Origin: Lama guanicoe
Lineage: Eukaryota
Assembly (NCBI GenBank): GCA_013239625.1
Contig: MU054400.1
Location: 1,709,345-1,773,344, forward strand
Length of the DNA: 64,000 bases
Direction of reading: 5' to 3'
Both the position numbers and the translations under genes were made by a program. This document shows, piece by piece, positions 39,336 to 53,470 of the stretch. The notes under the pieces are model-generated. The model was not told the DNA's origin, ran no database searches, and was given only the letters and a program-made list of their open reading frames with translations. The first letter of the stretch is position 1; the number at the start of each line of letters is the position of its first letter.

Positions 39336-40459
39336 ACTACATGTTTACATATCACATCTCCTGTGATTGTATCATGGCCAGGATAGAAACAAACAAAACT
39401 AATCACTTGCTATTGTGGAGATTAGCGAATTGGGTTAGAAATAAAATAAACTTTCAAGTTTACTATATTCTGCATGTGCTATCAGTCCCTAAAATGTTTT
39501 CTATCCACATTAAGCAGCATGCAGACTTGCAGCTGTACTAAGATGGTATGCCATCAACCTCCTATGAGACTCACCTTCCCTTTGTTGGGGATAAAGTCTA
39601 ATCCTTCGAGTGAAGCTCATGTCCCCTGGGTTTAAAGAAAAGATCCTGAGAATGACATTTACTCGTTCAGATGACGGTTTTCACTTTCAGGCATGGATAT
39701 TGCAAAATATCTCACACTAGAAATGTACCTGATACCTCTGAATATCCTTGGGAAGCTGCCTGCTTAGTCTATTTAAAACCCTTAGGAGTCATCCCAGTGA
39801 CTCAGGAAAGTATAGACGAATGGAAACTTAGACACATGCACGCACACACACCCTCATCAAGTCCCAGTGTTCTTCAGAACCATGAACACCAATCCCACCT
39901 CTCCTTGTGGTCATTATCTACCAACCTGGTCATGCCTCTAAGAATAGCTGGACATTTTGAAATCTTTCTCTTATCGTCATGCTGATTTCAGTATCTAGAA
40001 TTCACGAGAATTCATTCTTTGTCCTCACATTGCAGCAGTCAACTGCCTCTTCTAGACCACTGACGTGGCTCTCACCAAGTTCTCCAGTGACCACCAGGTT
40101 GCTAAAGACTGTGTGTTCTTTTCCGTCCTCCTGCTGACCACTCTTCCTCTGTGACTCCACACTCCCTTGGTTTCCATCTCCTGATTCTAAGCTGCCTCTG
40201 TCTTTTCCACAGTCTCTTCACTTGTCTTTGTGGTAGCCTCAATTCTCTGTTCTTGTCACGTGGTACCCCCTCCCCTACAGCTTCAGCCACTGCGTGACTC
40301 CACCATGCAACTGCAGCATTACTCAACACAGCTCTGCAGGTCACTAGTGTCCCCTAAGTGCCAGTTGTCTCTTGAAATTACTTTGGGAAACTGTACAAAC
40401 TATCACCTTTTAGACATTACCATCAAGGCTAAGAGTATAAGCTTTCATCAAACGTTATG

Positions 40460-41270
40460 GCTGTCATCCAAAAGACAAGAGATAACAAGTGCTGGTAAGG
40501 ATGGCGAGACAAGAAACTCCTGGGCACTGTTGGTGGGAATGTAAACTGGTGCAGTCACCTTGGAAAACAGTGTGAGGTTCCCCCCAAGTTAAAAATAGAG
40601 CTACCATGTGATCCAGCAGTCCCCACTTCTGAGTGTGTTCCCAAAGGAAATGAAAACAGGATCTTGAAGAGATACCTGCACTCCCTTGTTCATTGCAGCA
40701 CTGCTCACAGCAGCCAAGATACGGAAACAACCAAAGTGGCCATCCATCCGTGGATGAATGCATAAAGAAGATGCAGTGTATGCACACAACGGAGTATTAT
40801 TCAACCGTAAGAAAGAAGAAAATCCTGCCATTTGTGACAACGTGGATGGACCTTGAGGGCATTATTTTAGGTGAAATAAGCCAGGGAAAGACAAACACTC
40901 CATGGTATCACTTACATGTGGAATCTGAGGGGGAAAAAAGTCAAACTCAGAGAAACAGAAAGTAGAAAAGTGGTTGCAGGGGCTAGGGGTTGGGGGAAAT
41001 AGGGACAGGGTGCAAACTTTCAGCTATAAGAAAAGGTTTGATGTTCCAATGTTAAATATAGTCACCATAGTTGATAACACTTTTATATAATTGAAATATT
41101 CTTACCAAAAAAAGAAAAAAAAAGGATAAACATGTGAGGTGATGCATGTGCTAATTTTAGGTGGGGGGGATGTCTTCACATTGTATAGCGAATTGCCACA
41201 ATGCACACTTTAAATGTCTTTCCATTTTTCTTGTCAATTATACCTCAGTGAAGCTGAAATTTTTTTAAAA
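40460..41270 (+). mobile_element. L1MA-type 3' fragment
   Basis: ILPFVTTWMDLEGIILGEISQ remnant plus 3' UTR. Confidence 0.8.
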
Positions 41271-41609
41271 AGTACAAGTTCTTAAATTATCTTTCTGGAT
41301 TTGAATCCTGGTCTTGTATTATTTGTCATGTGATCTTGGACAAGTTACTTAATTGCTCTGTTCAGCAAAATCTATAAAATGGGAAGAATTCAGGACATAC
41401 CGTGTGGGGATATTGTGCAGAGGGGAGTCATAAATTAACCTGTGAAGTAGTCAGCACATGGTAAACACTCGTAACATTACTATTTACATATTAAAATGTC
41501 TGAGAGGTCCTTAAGAGAAAAAAACCAGTGTTGCTTAATTTAACTCAGCATTTCCCAAGTTTATTTGACCAGAGAACTTAGAACCTGACTTAGTTTGAGA
41601 AACACGTGT

Positions 41610-42300
41610 TACTGAATCTCTGACCCATCTCAGCTCAGAACCTTCCAATGAGCTCCAGGCTCACCACACACCTGTGTGTGGACTTGTCCACCTCAACGTG
41701 TCCAAAACCAAACACTATCTCCCACCACAGCCTTTGCCTCCTCTACCCCTTACTATATAGTAAATGGCACTAACTTCTACCCACAGCAGCAGTCCAACGG
41801 TTGGCCAAAACTTCTCACTCACTGCCCACACCTAACCTGTCACCAACTTCGACAAACTCTGCCACCACGTTCACTTTCAGAGCACTCCCTGCCCCCCTAC
41901 CCCCAATGCTTACCACTTCTCAACAGCATGCCACTCACTGGTTTCCCTGACCTCAGTCTGGTTCCTTTTGAATTGTTGCCAGAACAATCATTTTTAAATG
42001 CCTGATTAGTCATATGAATCCCCGTTTTGAAAGGTTTTTCACGCCTTTCAGGATAAAATTTAAACTCTTCAGCGTAGTATAAAAAGCACTCCTCTCCCCC
42101 GACACATTGCCACCATCCCCATCTATTAGAGGTGCCCAAATGTGTCATGCTCTATCATGCCTCCATGCCTTTGCACAGACTTGCCTCTCTCTGGAACATG
42201 CTTCTGCACCCAGATGGCTCCTACTCATTGTTTAAGACCTCATGTGTCACCTCCTCTCGGTAGGCTCTCCTTCCCCCTAGTTTGATATACATAGATGCTT
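41610..42300 (+). mobile_element. LINE-2 fragment
   Basis: L2-like wording (AGGATAAAATTTAAACTC, CATGCCTTTGCACAGAC). Confidence 0.6.
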
Positions 42301-42309
42301 CTTATCTCG

Positions 42310-42788
42310 TAGTTTCCCTGGTTGACTCATCCATTTCTCTCCAAAATGATTAGTCTAAGCCAGTCGTGGTAATTCCATTCTCCCAGTGGTCTCTAGTTTG
42401 GAAGTGGGCATGTGAGCCAACCCTGAAAATGAAAATTGAAGGTAAGAGTTGCCTTTGGGGGGCAGTAGGGGGTAAATTCTGAGAAAGGTTTCTTGCTTCT
42501 AAGAACACACTGGGAAGATACAGACTTTCTCTCAACATTGTTGTCTCTGAAGGCGACACCAGGAATTCTGGCAGCTAGCCTATGATGCTGATGGCATGTG
42601 GTCTGAGAGAATTCTGGCCAACTGAGAACTGCAGTGCAGAGATGTGAAAGGAATCTGGCTTCTCAATCCTGGAATCCTCCCTGACTCTGTACTTGGTGTT
42701 GTCTTGGACAGTAAATCACCTTATTATTTAAACCAGTGTTCGGTAGGGCTCTCTGTTACTTGCTGCTAATGGCATCCAAACTGATGCA
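42310..42788 (+). mobile_element. MaLR (MLT1-type) solo LTR
   Basis: MLT1-like 3' end TTTAAACCAG...CTGTTACTTGCTGCTAATGGCATCCAAACTGATGCA. Confidence 0.65.
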
Positions 42789-42899
42789 GCTGTCACCATC
42801 TCACGGCTCTCTCTGTCATCACCATCAGTCATCACACCAGAGTCCCGAACACGACAGAAAACCCTCACTGCACTTCCGTGTCGTCCTGGTGGACCTCAA

Positions 42900-44430
42900 T
42901 AATGCAGTATGGTAAAGACAAGAAGTGTAAATATTGGAAAGGAAAGCAGAAAACTCACTATTTCCAGGTGGTAGTATCATCTATAATACAGGCAAAAGAG
43001 TCTAACAAGGAGCCAGGGGAATTAATCAGAAGTCAGTCAAGTGTTCAAATGCAAGGTCAACATGTCAAAACAGGTGATTTACTCCACACACGCAAAGACC
43101 ATATGAAAATATGATAATGGAAAATCCTATTCAAAATAGCTAAATGCACAAATTAGAATAGTCACATAATATCCAGGATATCCATAAAAATATGCATGAG
43201 AACAGCATTAAAACATAGTTGAGTAACATAAAAGAAAATCTGAAAGAAATGAAGGAATATAAATAACAATGTTCCTGAATAGGAGAACTCAATATTGTGA
43301 AGACCGATGTTCCATCTAAACTAAAATTCACTGCAATTTCAACGCAAATCTCAGTGCATTTTCTAAAATGACAAATGGAGAAAGTGCACATGAATAATCA
43401 AGAAATTTTGGAATAAAGAAAATCCAGGAGGGGGAACTTGACCTATCTGATACCAAAACTATACTACAGTTCAAGCCACTGCATTAATTATAAGGAAGAC
43501 TATATAAGAAACATGTTTATTATCTTGGTGTGAGTGAAACTGACATTAAGAAATGAACCTTAGAACATAGAAAAATTAAGGAGTGTGCACATGAAGAAGT
43601 TGTGCAGGACAAGTGCCTGTGCTGCATAGTTAACATTACAGGAAGTTAAAAGCCAAGAACAAATTAGGAGGAAAAAGTTAATTCTTGTAAAAAGCAAAGG
43701 ATAAATATGGAGATGATAAAAGAATTTTCATGGTCTATAAGGGAAGGACAAAAACAAAACAGAAATTTGAAAAGTAAACAAGTAATTCCCAGGAGAAATG
43801 GACATGGACAATCATCATTTGAAAAGATGCTCACTCACTAGTAAAAGGAACACACAAATCAAAACAATAAAATCTCATTTTTCTTCCAAACTTTTTGCAG
43901 AAGGAATTGGTCACATCAGGGTTAGTGATTATGTGGGGGAGCAGCCATTCTCAAACTTAACTTAGTGAATGTTAGTCTTTCAGAGGATAATTTGCCTACT
44001 TCCATCAAAATTTGTGTATATCCTTCAACCCAGCAGTTACACTCTTACGAATCTATTATAAATGCTTGTATATGCACATTCATTGCAGCACTGTCTGTAA
44101 TAGCCAATAAATAGGAACTATCAATTTTCCAACAATAGTTCAGTGATTAAATAGAATATGGTATCTGTACACTACATGATATTCAGTTTTTAAAAAGGAT
44201 GTAGATTAATATGCATTTGTATGGGAAATCCTTCAAGTCTATGATAAAGTGAAAAAAATGAACTGTAAAATAACAAATACAACAGTCTCATTCATGTAAA
44301 AAAAATCCTATATCCTACATGTCAACATGCATAGATTAACTATCAGGAGTACTAGGGTCAAGGCAAACATTCTATAAAATTGTATTTGTATAATGACATA
44401 GATGTGTTCTTGTTGTAAAAGAACAATTTT
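42900..44430 (+). mobile_element. Ancient L1ME-type remnant
   Basis: Heavily degraded ORF2 and 3' UTR wording. Confidence 0.55.
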
Positions 44431-45211
44431 AAAAGTACAATTAATTTCATTTCAGTTCACTTAGAAGCCAGTTCCACACGTGCGCAAGTGCTGTAAGGCC
44501 AATTCCAGACACTTACCAGGACTTCTTTTAATCATCTGGTGAAAAGTACATAAACATATATACTAGCAAGCTTCTTCCCTGCTGTAGGCTCTGAAAAATT
44601 TCTATTTCAATTCCTGTTTCCTCCCCCTAAGGACCTCAAAATAACACAAAATGTATTTTCAATGAAAAGGAAATTGGTAGAACATCAGCTTGATCCCAGC
44701 TCTTTAACTGATCCTGTATTTCAGTACTGCTCTACTTTGAAGATAAAGGGGCGTTTTGCCTCATCCAGGCAAGCACATTTTTGAAGACCTTACTTAAACA
44801 ATGAAAGGGAGGAGGAGCACGTTTCCATCATCCAGTCTGCCTTCTCTATAATCTTCCGTCATTCCTGAGCCATCTGGATTGGATGTACCACCCCTGCCTC
44901 CTTCCCATCCGGGCTGCTGACTAGTCTGTAATTTATTAGCCTTTAGGATGACTTCATGCCATTTTCACTTAACCAGAGAGTCAGGACCCCCATTTCAGGT
45001 CCTCCCATTTCCCCCCAGCGCTCACTTGCTCGCTCTTCTTCCTGCCTCTGCCTTTCTCCCTCCCTCTCTCATCCCTGTCATAAACCTCTGACACTGGGTT
45101 CCCCTTGGCTTCTCTCCCAGCCGCCAGCCCACGGTGAGCGGGAAGCTGGAAGCCCTCACCCTTCTCCCGGCAGGCGCAGAGGAGCGCCCAGCGCAGGGCA
45201 CGTACACGTAC

Positions 45212-45338
45212 CAGTGTTTCTGGCTGTGATCTTAGAACCATGTCTCAGCAGACGGACAAACACGTTGCTATTGCAGTGGTTCACCAACTGCAGCCGGAGA
45301 CCCCTCCGAGTCTGGATCTTGACCAAGCATTTTGCCAT
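45212..45338 (-). CDS. FRMD3: FRMD3 alternative (intronic) first coding exon: MAKCLVKIQTRRGLRLQLVNHCNSNVFVRLLRHGSKITARNT-G
   Basis: ATG in strong Kozak context (GTTATGG) with an in-frame TGA 13 codons upstream; phase-1 donor ACTG|GTACGT matches the phase of the last-exon acceptor; resembles my recollection of a short human FRMD3 isoform N-terminus. Confidence 0.75.
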
Positions 45339-45399
45339 AACTGGTTCTTGGATCCCCTCTGCCTCCTCTGCCTGTCACGGCCTGGGGCAGCTACCGCCA

Positions 45400-45710
45400 G
45401 CCATAGTGGCTTTGACCTTTCACTAACCGTCCATTCTGTTTTAAAGGACCGAGGCAGGGCCACTGAATGAATCAAATGTCAGGCTCCTAAAGCAGCCAAC
45501 AGAAATAACTCAGGAGGGATCAGCATGGGGCCGGGGGAGGGGGGGAATGCTATTTTTAAATTCTCCACTCACTCCCCTAACAAACAATGAAATAATATGC
45601 ACCATCCCTACCACAGCCTGTTTAAAACCCTCCGGATAAGAGGACCCCAGCCAAATGCCCTGCAGTATCCTAGGAACTGAGTGTCCTCGCCCTGGAAGAT
45701 AAGACAGCAA
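45400..45710 (-). promoter_or_regulatory. Candidate internal promoter for the short FRMD3 isoform
   Basis: MEF2 consensus CTATTTTTAA 45550-45559; G-rich SP/KLF-like box 45527-45545; AGATAA 45697-45702; NBRE AAAGGTCA (minus) 45413-45420; TTTAAAA 45439-45445. Confidence 0.5.
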
Positions 45711-45787
45711 CCGGGCAACTCCACAATGGAGACACAACCCACCTTGATTTCTTTTAAAAAATACTCATTGCGCCTATATTATGTTCT

Positions 45788-46148
45788 AGGGCCATGCTGT
45801 CCAATAAAAATACAACACAAGCCACAGTCAAAAAGAGAAAAGCAGCATTTGAAAAGTAACAAAAAGAAATTAAAATGCATTGTAATGATGTGCTTTATCT
45901 GGTCATGATGTCCAAAACAGTATTATTTCACCATGTGAAATGTGTATTGAAATTGATATGTAACAATGTCAAAACAGTATCAAAATAATATGAACAATAT
46001 CAAAATAATAAAAGTTAAGATACTTTTGGGTCCTAAGTCTTTGAAACTGGTGTGCATTTGCTCACACTTAACAGCACATCTCAGTTCAGACCAGCCATGT
46101 TTCCAGGGCTCAGCAGCCACGCGGGGCTGCCGTATTGGACAGTGCAGC
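45788..46148. mobile_element. MER33-like hAT-Charlie element
   Basis: TIR-like ends ATGCTGTCCAATA and TATTGGACAGTGC. Confidence 0.7.
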
Positions 46149-49100
46149 TCTGGACCAAGTGCCGAGCTCCTCACGGCATTATCTCTGTCCTCACAAGGGT
46201 ACTAACATTTTTATAGAGAAAGAAACAAGAGTAACTGACCTAACCAAATTCACAAAGTTAGTAAGTGGCAAAGCCATGATTTGAACCTAGGCACCCAGTC
46301 AACATCGGCTGACTAAACAGACCGTCCTCCAGACGAGAGCCCTTGCATCTAACCACGTGTGTTTTAAATGCAGGATCCAAACATTATATTTTCTCTGAGG
46401 ACTCTGAAAGTCCTGTGCTTGTACACCAGAGGCATAAAATGTGTTTGCATTCCAGAGAAAGTGCTTAAGGAGCAAAATATTTCCAATTTTTTAGGACATG
46501 CTACATTTGAAAAAATTTCAACTGATTAATAACTGTGCCCCACATACTATCTTTCAGTTATATATCTTTCCTGATACATTTTTCTCACCCTCATTTTTAG
46601 AGGAAAAAATTGTTTCCTCACACAGCTGCATCATGCATGCATGCATTTTTCTCCTTTAAATAGCCACTGTGGCCAAAAGATAATTTTCTAATAAAAACAG
46701 TCTTTCCCCTCTCTCCTGACAAAACAAAGCACTATATTCAGGGCAGTCAGCTGAAATTTTGCATTGTTACACTTTACTGTGGGAATATAAATTGATTTAG
46801 AATTTCTGGAAAGAAGTTTAGCAAAACATACTGAGATTTAAAGGTATGATATTTCTTGACTCAGAAATTCCACTTTTAGGAATTTAGCCTGAGGAAATAA
46901 TGAGGACTGACTGTTGATAAAAATTTTGGACAAAGATTTTCAAAGAGTATCATTATAGCAAAAAAGAAAAAAAAGTCAATCTAAATTTCCAGTGGGAAAA
47001 TGATTAAATACATGTGATGAAATATTGTACACCCATTAAAATGTTTAGGAGTTTAATGATGTGTGGGAAAGCTTGCAATATATTGATTAGTGGAAAAAGC
47101 AGTTTATATAAGCAATATGACCTCAGTGATGTAAAAATCTACATTACAGACCGGACTATAAGTCTTGAAAGGGAAGAAGGGTGGCAGCTGTGAGCTGAGG
47201 TCACTTTTAGAGACTCGCAGTGGCGCCTGCTCCCCTCCCACAGGTTATCAGTTCTGGGTACAGGAGGGCAGTTCCTACTCTCACGGGGGTTAGTCAATTT
47301 CCATACCTGATACTTGAAAGGAAAATGCCCCTGAAAACTCACAAAATCTTCACCCCTTTGCAGTTCTCCTTGTGACATAATTCTACGCAGAATCCCCATA
47401 TAAAACAGACATACTGCACAGACACGGGGCTCTGGGGTAGTCCCTGCTCGACCTTCCCTCACTCGCCACCAACAGTGGTTCTTGAAGAACTGCTGTAAAT
47501 CTTTAGAATGCTGAAGAACCAGAAAATCCCCATCCCAGATGAATCAGTGCTGTGCAGTAACCCAGATGAAAGATTTCAAAGGTTAATATGGGTTCATTTG
47601 CACGGCAATGGACCAGGGCTCAGACACTGAGAAAATCTCCCTTTGCCTGTTTGGAGGGAATATAGATGAGTCTGTGCGCTTATCATTATGTTACAATAGT
47701 CAAATTCAATAGCTTGTAATAATGAAAAAGTATTTATGTATAACTGAATCACTATGCTGTACACCAGAAACCAACGCATTGTAAATTATCTATACTGCAA
47801 TAAAAACAAAGTAAAACCCCCCAAAATAGCATGATGTGACCTGATAGCACATTCTAAACAAACAGCCCTTCCAAAAAAAAAAAACGAAACAAAAAGAAAG
47901 CAAATAAAAAACCTGAAACAAAGTCACCACTGTATTTTAGTTGTTCTTTTCTACCTAGAGTTATTCTCCATTAATTATCAAGCATCAAATCTCACTACAG
48001 CTTTGAAATGTCTCCTTTCTTTTTATTAACTGCAACTAGTTATAATATTATGCATTTTGTGTATTAAAAAATTTCCCTTTCTTTAACTTGTTCCCACTCT
48101 TTATGCTACTTTTCAGAGTTCTTAAGTACATTCTTTCACCTTCTTTCTTCTGGGGACTTTCAGCGTTTATTCAGAGAGAGGAACGTGGCAGGGTGAGCAT
48201 CCCATACTGTCCCAGCCATTTCTCTCTGCCTTGCCCTGCTCTACCCAAACGTGTGGGTACATTTCAAGAGGAAGAGGCAAAGGGAGGCAGAGATGCAGAG
48301 TGAACCCAAGGATTCTGGGAGCAAATGCACAGGGAGGCTTGTTCTTGTTTGAGGTCCTATGCTCACAGAACCATATCAATTTGGAAGCCCTTGAATACCC
48401 TTCCTGTTTAGATTCATCTGAAGAATCAGGAGTGCATGTCTGGGCAGTGACAAGAGGCTAAAGAAAGCAGTGAATATTTGTGAAGAGGGGAATTGATTTT
48501 CCGTAATGAGATGCCAGAAACACTGATACATCAGGCACAAGCCGAAGCAGAGGATGAGAGTTCCATGGGTCTGAATCCCATGTCTACTTCTGTGACAAAC
48601 TTCCGGACGCAGATTTGGGGCAGGGCAACGAGCCTGTCTCTGCTTTGTGGGTGACTGGGAGCTACCGGATGGCTTGGAGCCCTGGTGCACTTGAAAATGG
48701 AGACAATACTTCCCCCACAGATGTTATGACAAGAAAATGAGATCACATGTTATCAGCTGCCATTTAAAAAATGAACTGGAACTCACTAAGCAGTTATATA
48801 GAAAGCAACGTTTAAAGCACAGGCTCTGGGTTCTAATTCTGGCTGCACCCCTGTCTCTGACCTCAGTTTCCATGCCTGTAAAATGCCTGGAAACTGCATT
48901 AGCATCACAAAGGCAGTGCCTACCTCCCAGGGCTGTTATGAGGACCATCAATGAAGGTAGCCCAGGTGGCAGGCTCAGATCAGCACCTGGCCCAGGAATT
49001 GCTCAAGAAATATTAGTGATTTTTTTTTCTAACACATGCACATTCTCTTCTTTACTCAAACGGAGGGCAGTGAGGATTTTAAATAGTCAAGATTTTCTTC

Positions 49101-49440
49101 CTTCTAGTTACTTCTCCCCAAATAGTAGGGAAGCAGCAGCATTGCTGGTTAAGTTCACCTGACCAGCCCTGTAACCTTGGGAAAATTACATAAGCTTGTT
49201 GAAATGCAGTTTTCTGCCTGCAAAACAGTACTGATGTCGGCTCTTACGTAACTAGGGGCCTGATACGTAGCAGGCTAGCTATTCTGTTCTATCACCATCA
49301 GTATCATGTAACTTATCAGCTGTTTCGAATACTGACAGATTTCTTAGGTGTCATGGATTTGGCCACTAGTTATAATACTTACGGAGATTCACTGAAATTT
49401 TAGCTAACTCCTAACTCCGATTAGAAACATGGTAAAAAGC

Positions 49441-49740
49441 AGGGGAGGGTATAGCTCAGTGGTAGAGTGTGTGCTTAACATACACAAGATCCTGGGTTTA
49501 ATCCCCAGTACCTCCACTAAAAATTTAATTAAAAAATACATAAAGAAACCTAATTACCCCTAAAAAATAGAAATAAGAAAGATAATAAAAAGTTATTACA
49601 GACATGAAATGTTCTTTGTAATAAATTTAGACATTAAATATAAATTATTAAGAGTCCTTGGTACCGTCACATAATTTAGGGGACTTTCCTAATTTTTTAT
49701 TAACATAATAAAACACAATACTGTATAAATACTTAAATAA
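49441..49740 (+). mobile_element. tRNA-derived SINE (camelid vic-1-like), long-tailed variant; 3' limit approximate
   Basis: GGGGAGGGTATAGCTCAGTGGTAGAG...GGTTTAATCCCCAGTACCTCC head and AAACCTAATTAC body shared with the 12358 copy. Confidence 0.85.
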
Positions 49741-51028
49741 TATATTTGTAATATGATGGATATATTCTTGGGTATGTAGATAGGAGAAATGGAGGTAGTT
49801 CTAACACTATCAAGTGACAGGGCTGTACAGCCAGGTAGTCAGTCATCCCATATGACTCAGTTTCCTCCTTCAGAAAGTGAGGCAACATTATCTGTCCTAT
49901 CTGTTTCAAAGAAATGGTCGTGAGTCTCAAATTATGATGATTTACATGAAAAAAATTCTGAAAATGTATAAGATGCTTTGGCATATTGAATATTCTTCCT
50001 CTTACCATTCCCCTTACCAGATGAAGCATTCGCTGAGCATTTCCTGCCTGTAAAATGAGAACACCGCTGGGTGGGGCCAGGCATCACCACGCAGCGGTGG
50101 GAGGCCAGTGAAACCCCATTGGAGAATCAGAGCTGCAGACAGAATAGAATTCATACAGTGCTGCCAGGCTCTCCTGGGCACCTCTGCAGGGAATGAGAAC
50201 CCCATGGCTGTAGACGATTCTAGCTAAGGGCTCATCCATCTGTTTCCCTGACAATCCCATACACTGCTAAGTGCGGCATCTCCACGCCAGAGAGAGGGGA
50301 CAGGGTGGGGGAGGCAGACTGTCACAGAGCCCTCTCGCTGTCTGCTCGGGCCACTGGTGACAATTTCTACACAGGCAGAACCACCAAGACGGAGCGCATC
50401 AGGTGAAACACCATCAGACTCTGTTCTGTTCTCACTCCCTGCCTCCCTGTGCCCTGTCCCTGTCTTGTTTTCTGTCCCTATCTTTCAGTGTCCTTATCTT
50501 TGGAAATAAATCTTAGGTGACTGTTGTTGGTTTTATTATTAAAAAAGCACTACCTGCACAGTGTAGGGAACTGGAGAACTACCAAAAGTTGTGAAATGGG
50601 TAACAGAGATCCCAAAAGTCCCTCAAAAATGTGACAGCCCAGAGAAAACTGCTGCTGACATTTGCTCTCTCTCTCACCAGGCCTGCAGGAGCTATAAAAA
50701 ATATAGTTGAAATATTTACAAGTTGGTGAGACCCAGAGAAGCCAAAATTGAGTATGAAATTTTAACCTTAAAGTCTAAAATCCCAATGTGTTGTGCTATA
50801 CGTCATTCTTTGTGATGTTTTGAACTAAACGTTTAAAAACTGAATTTTTTCTTTAGGGTCTGCCTTTCTTAGTGCTCTTTACCAAGATCTGAGCGAGCCT
50901 CAGCTTGCCCATGCTCTCCGCCTCCCCCCTCCCTGACACAGGGCCCGCGCAGGGCTGCTTTAGAAGATACTCCGTGAGTACAGACAAGCCTGTGACCAGG
51001 TGAGCTGGTTCACAAACTGGATGGCCAG

Positions 51029-51060
51029 TCATCCAACAGATACTCATCCAACAGATACTC
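51029..51060. repeat. 15-bp tandem duplication (TCATCCAACAGATAC x2)
   Basis: Read directly from the sequence. Confidence 0.9.
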
Positions 51061-52737
51061 CCAGCCAACAATAAAGCAGTAATCACAAATACTTAGCCAC
51101 TGATCTCACAAACCACTCTCCAAGACAGAAGGACCTCCTCCACCTGCAGACTGGACAAGACTCCATACTCTGAGTAAAAGGAAAACTGAAGGGGTCACAA
51201 GTGAACAGAGACGGTGAGACAAGGGACCCTGATCTCCAAGGATCAGGTACCATCCACTGACAGCCCCAAGGGGCCTCATGGGAGTCATGACCCCACAAGC
51301 CACCCACGGATTACAACTGTCCAGTCCCTCTCTGATATATCTGTTAGAGACGCTCATTCACTGACCCTTAAAGCCCTGACTGTCCACAGATACCCCCACT
51401 GTAGGGGTGGCGGTTACATGAAAGCAAACCTTCCACAGCTGCCCATACATGAAACGGGGTGAAAGTCTCCCGCAGTCACTGGACGGGGACTGGGGACTTC
51501 ACAGCCACAATGCATTCTTCAGGAACATGCATGAGGAATTTTCTTGGAGAAGAATTTAAACGATCTCTCTGATTAAGGCTACCTATAATTCATATTCTTC
51601 TATATAAACAAAGAGTTTTTTCCCCCTCTATCCTGGCTGAAAATAAGACTTAACATTTTCCTGATGTTCCACGACTTAGATATACCAGGGTGCTCTCTTT
51701 GTCAGAGGCCAATACAGCCACCCAGAGCTTTCCCCGGAGGACGAAATGGGTGACAACGCTGTCCTGACCGGCTCCAGTTAGAACAGCCTCCTTGGGTCTG
51801 TTTAGTCCTCTCAGCCAAGAACCTGCTTCCTTGGGCTCTGTACAGGATGAATTTGTTTTCTGATCACTTTCGCTTTATTATTTCACTCCCTCCAGGCACA
51901 AGCCACCATACAGATAAACCACTTTTCTCGGAGTAAAGGAAATTGAATTGGCTGCATTCATAATGGAGCTCTAATTTTTTTCTCCATATTTCCCAGCAGC
52001 TTTGCAGATGGTATTAAGAAACAGGCACCTGTGTCTCCCTGTTGAAAAGCCAGGCCCTTCTGGAACTACGTTGCTGCTAATGTAACCAAGAAGCTAGAGG
52101 CAGCGGGACCCAATCCTTCACCCAGTGCACCAGCCAAGGGCCTCTCTCGCATTCTAGCTGTGTGCTCAAAAAGAGAAACACAGATCACCAATAAAGGCAA
52201 GAAAAATGTCCAACCACTCTTAAGTTTTGCCTTTCAAATGATCACATCTTTAAAAAAAATCATTATACTCAGTTTTGTAAAGCTCCAATAAGAGATATTC
52301 ATATATATAATTTGGTGGAGGGTGGAGGGAGTGAAAGATATTTTTGTCTATTTATGTGATGGAATAATGTATGCCCATTAAAATTAAAATTGTGGAAGAA
52401 TATTTACTGTCATAGAGAAATACTTGTTATATTAAAAAGTGAAAAAGCAATTACAAAAGAGTATCTCTAGCATATTCTACTATTTGTTGAAAATATATAG
52501 ATGGATTATACATATTCATACCACAGTTTGAACATAGGAGATTGCAGGTGCTTTTTCAATTTTGGAATTGTGGTTTTTGTATTTTCCAAATTTGCCACAA
52601 TGACTATAGTATGGCTTTTAATTTCAGATTAAAAGAAAATAAAACAACATATTTGGCTTCTGGCAAACTCTGTTCCCAGGAGAATATTCCTACATGCTTT
52701 CTTTTACATAAACAAAGGCTGTCCAGGCTGCATTTAG

Positions 52738-53470
52738 AATTCATTCATTCATTCATTCGTTCACTAATTCGGCAAGTATTAATTTAGCTCCTACTGCATG
52801 TCAGAACATCTCTGGGCGGTGGGGACAATGTGGGGGCGAGGCAGGCACAAGTTTTTGCTCCCATGGAGCTGATGTTTTAGTCAAGGGAGACAGTCAACAA
52901 ATGGACAGGAAGACAAATAAATAAATTAGAAAGTGCTCAACAGTGCTAAACACTCTTACAAAAAGATGGGGTGATGGCACGACAGAGAACAAATGGCTAG
53001 GTTTGGGGAATTAGTCAGAATTAGGTCCTTAGGGAAGACTTTCCAAGGAGTGGAAATTTGAGCTGAGACTTGAAGAAAAGAAATAGCCAGCTAAAGATCA
53101 GAGGAAAGGTCCCCTTATGTAAATGAAACAGCTGTGCAAAGGCCCTGAGGTGGCACCCAGCTCAGAAGACCAGTGTGGTAGGAACACAGAGATTCAAAAG
53201 GAGGGCAGTAGGAAATGGTCTAAGGGTGGGGAGGGGGCCAAGCATGCTTAGATTTGAACCTAACTAGATCTGAGTTCCACTTACAAAAGATTACCCTGGT
53301 TGCTCTGTGGAAAACGTGGGTTGGGACAGGGGGACAGTGTAGAAGCAGAGATACTGTTATCTCCTGAGGGAGACAAGAGTGGCCACAGCTGGAGTGGTGC
53401 AGGGTGGATTCTGGAGTCTACTTGAAAGGGTAGAGCGAACAGGATTTTGCTGATGGATTTGACGATTTTG
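52738..53470 (-). mobile_element. LINE-2 3' fragment
   Basis: (ATTC)n terminus followed by L2 antisense wording (GCAAAGGCCCTGAGGTGG). Confidence 0.7.

Noticed and set aside
44956..45426. 156-aa plus-strand ORF
   Set aside because: Antisense to the GC-rich alternative first exon; low-complexity Pro/Ser composition and no recognisable family
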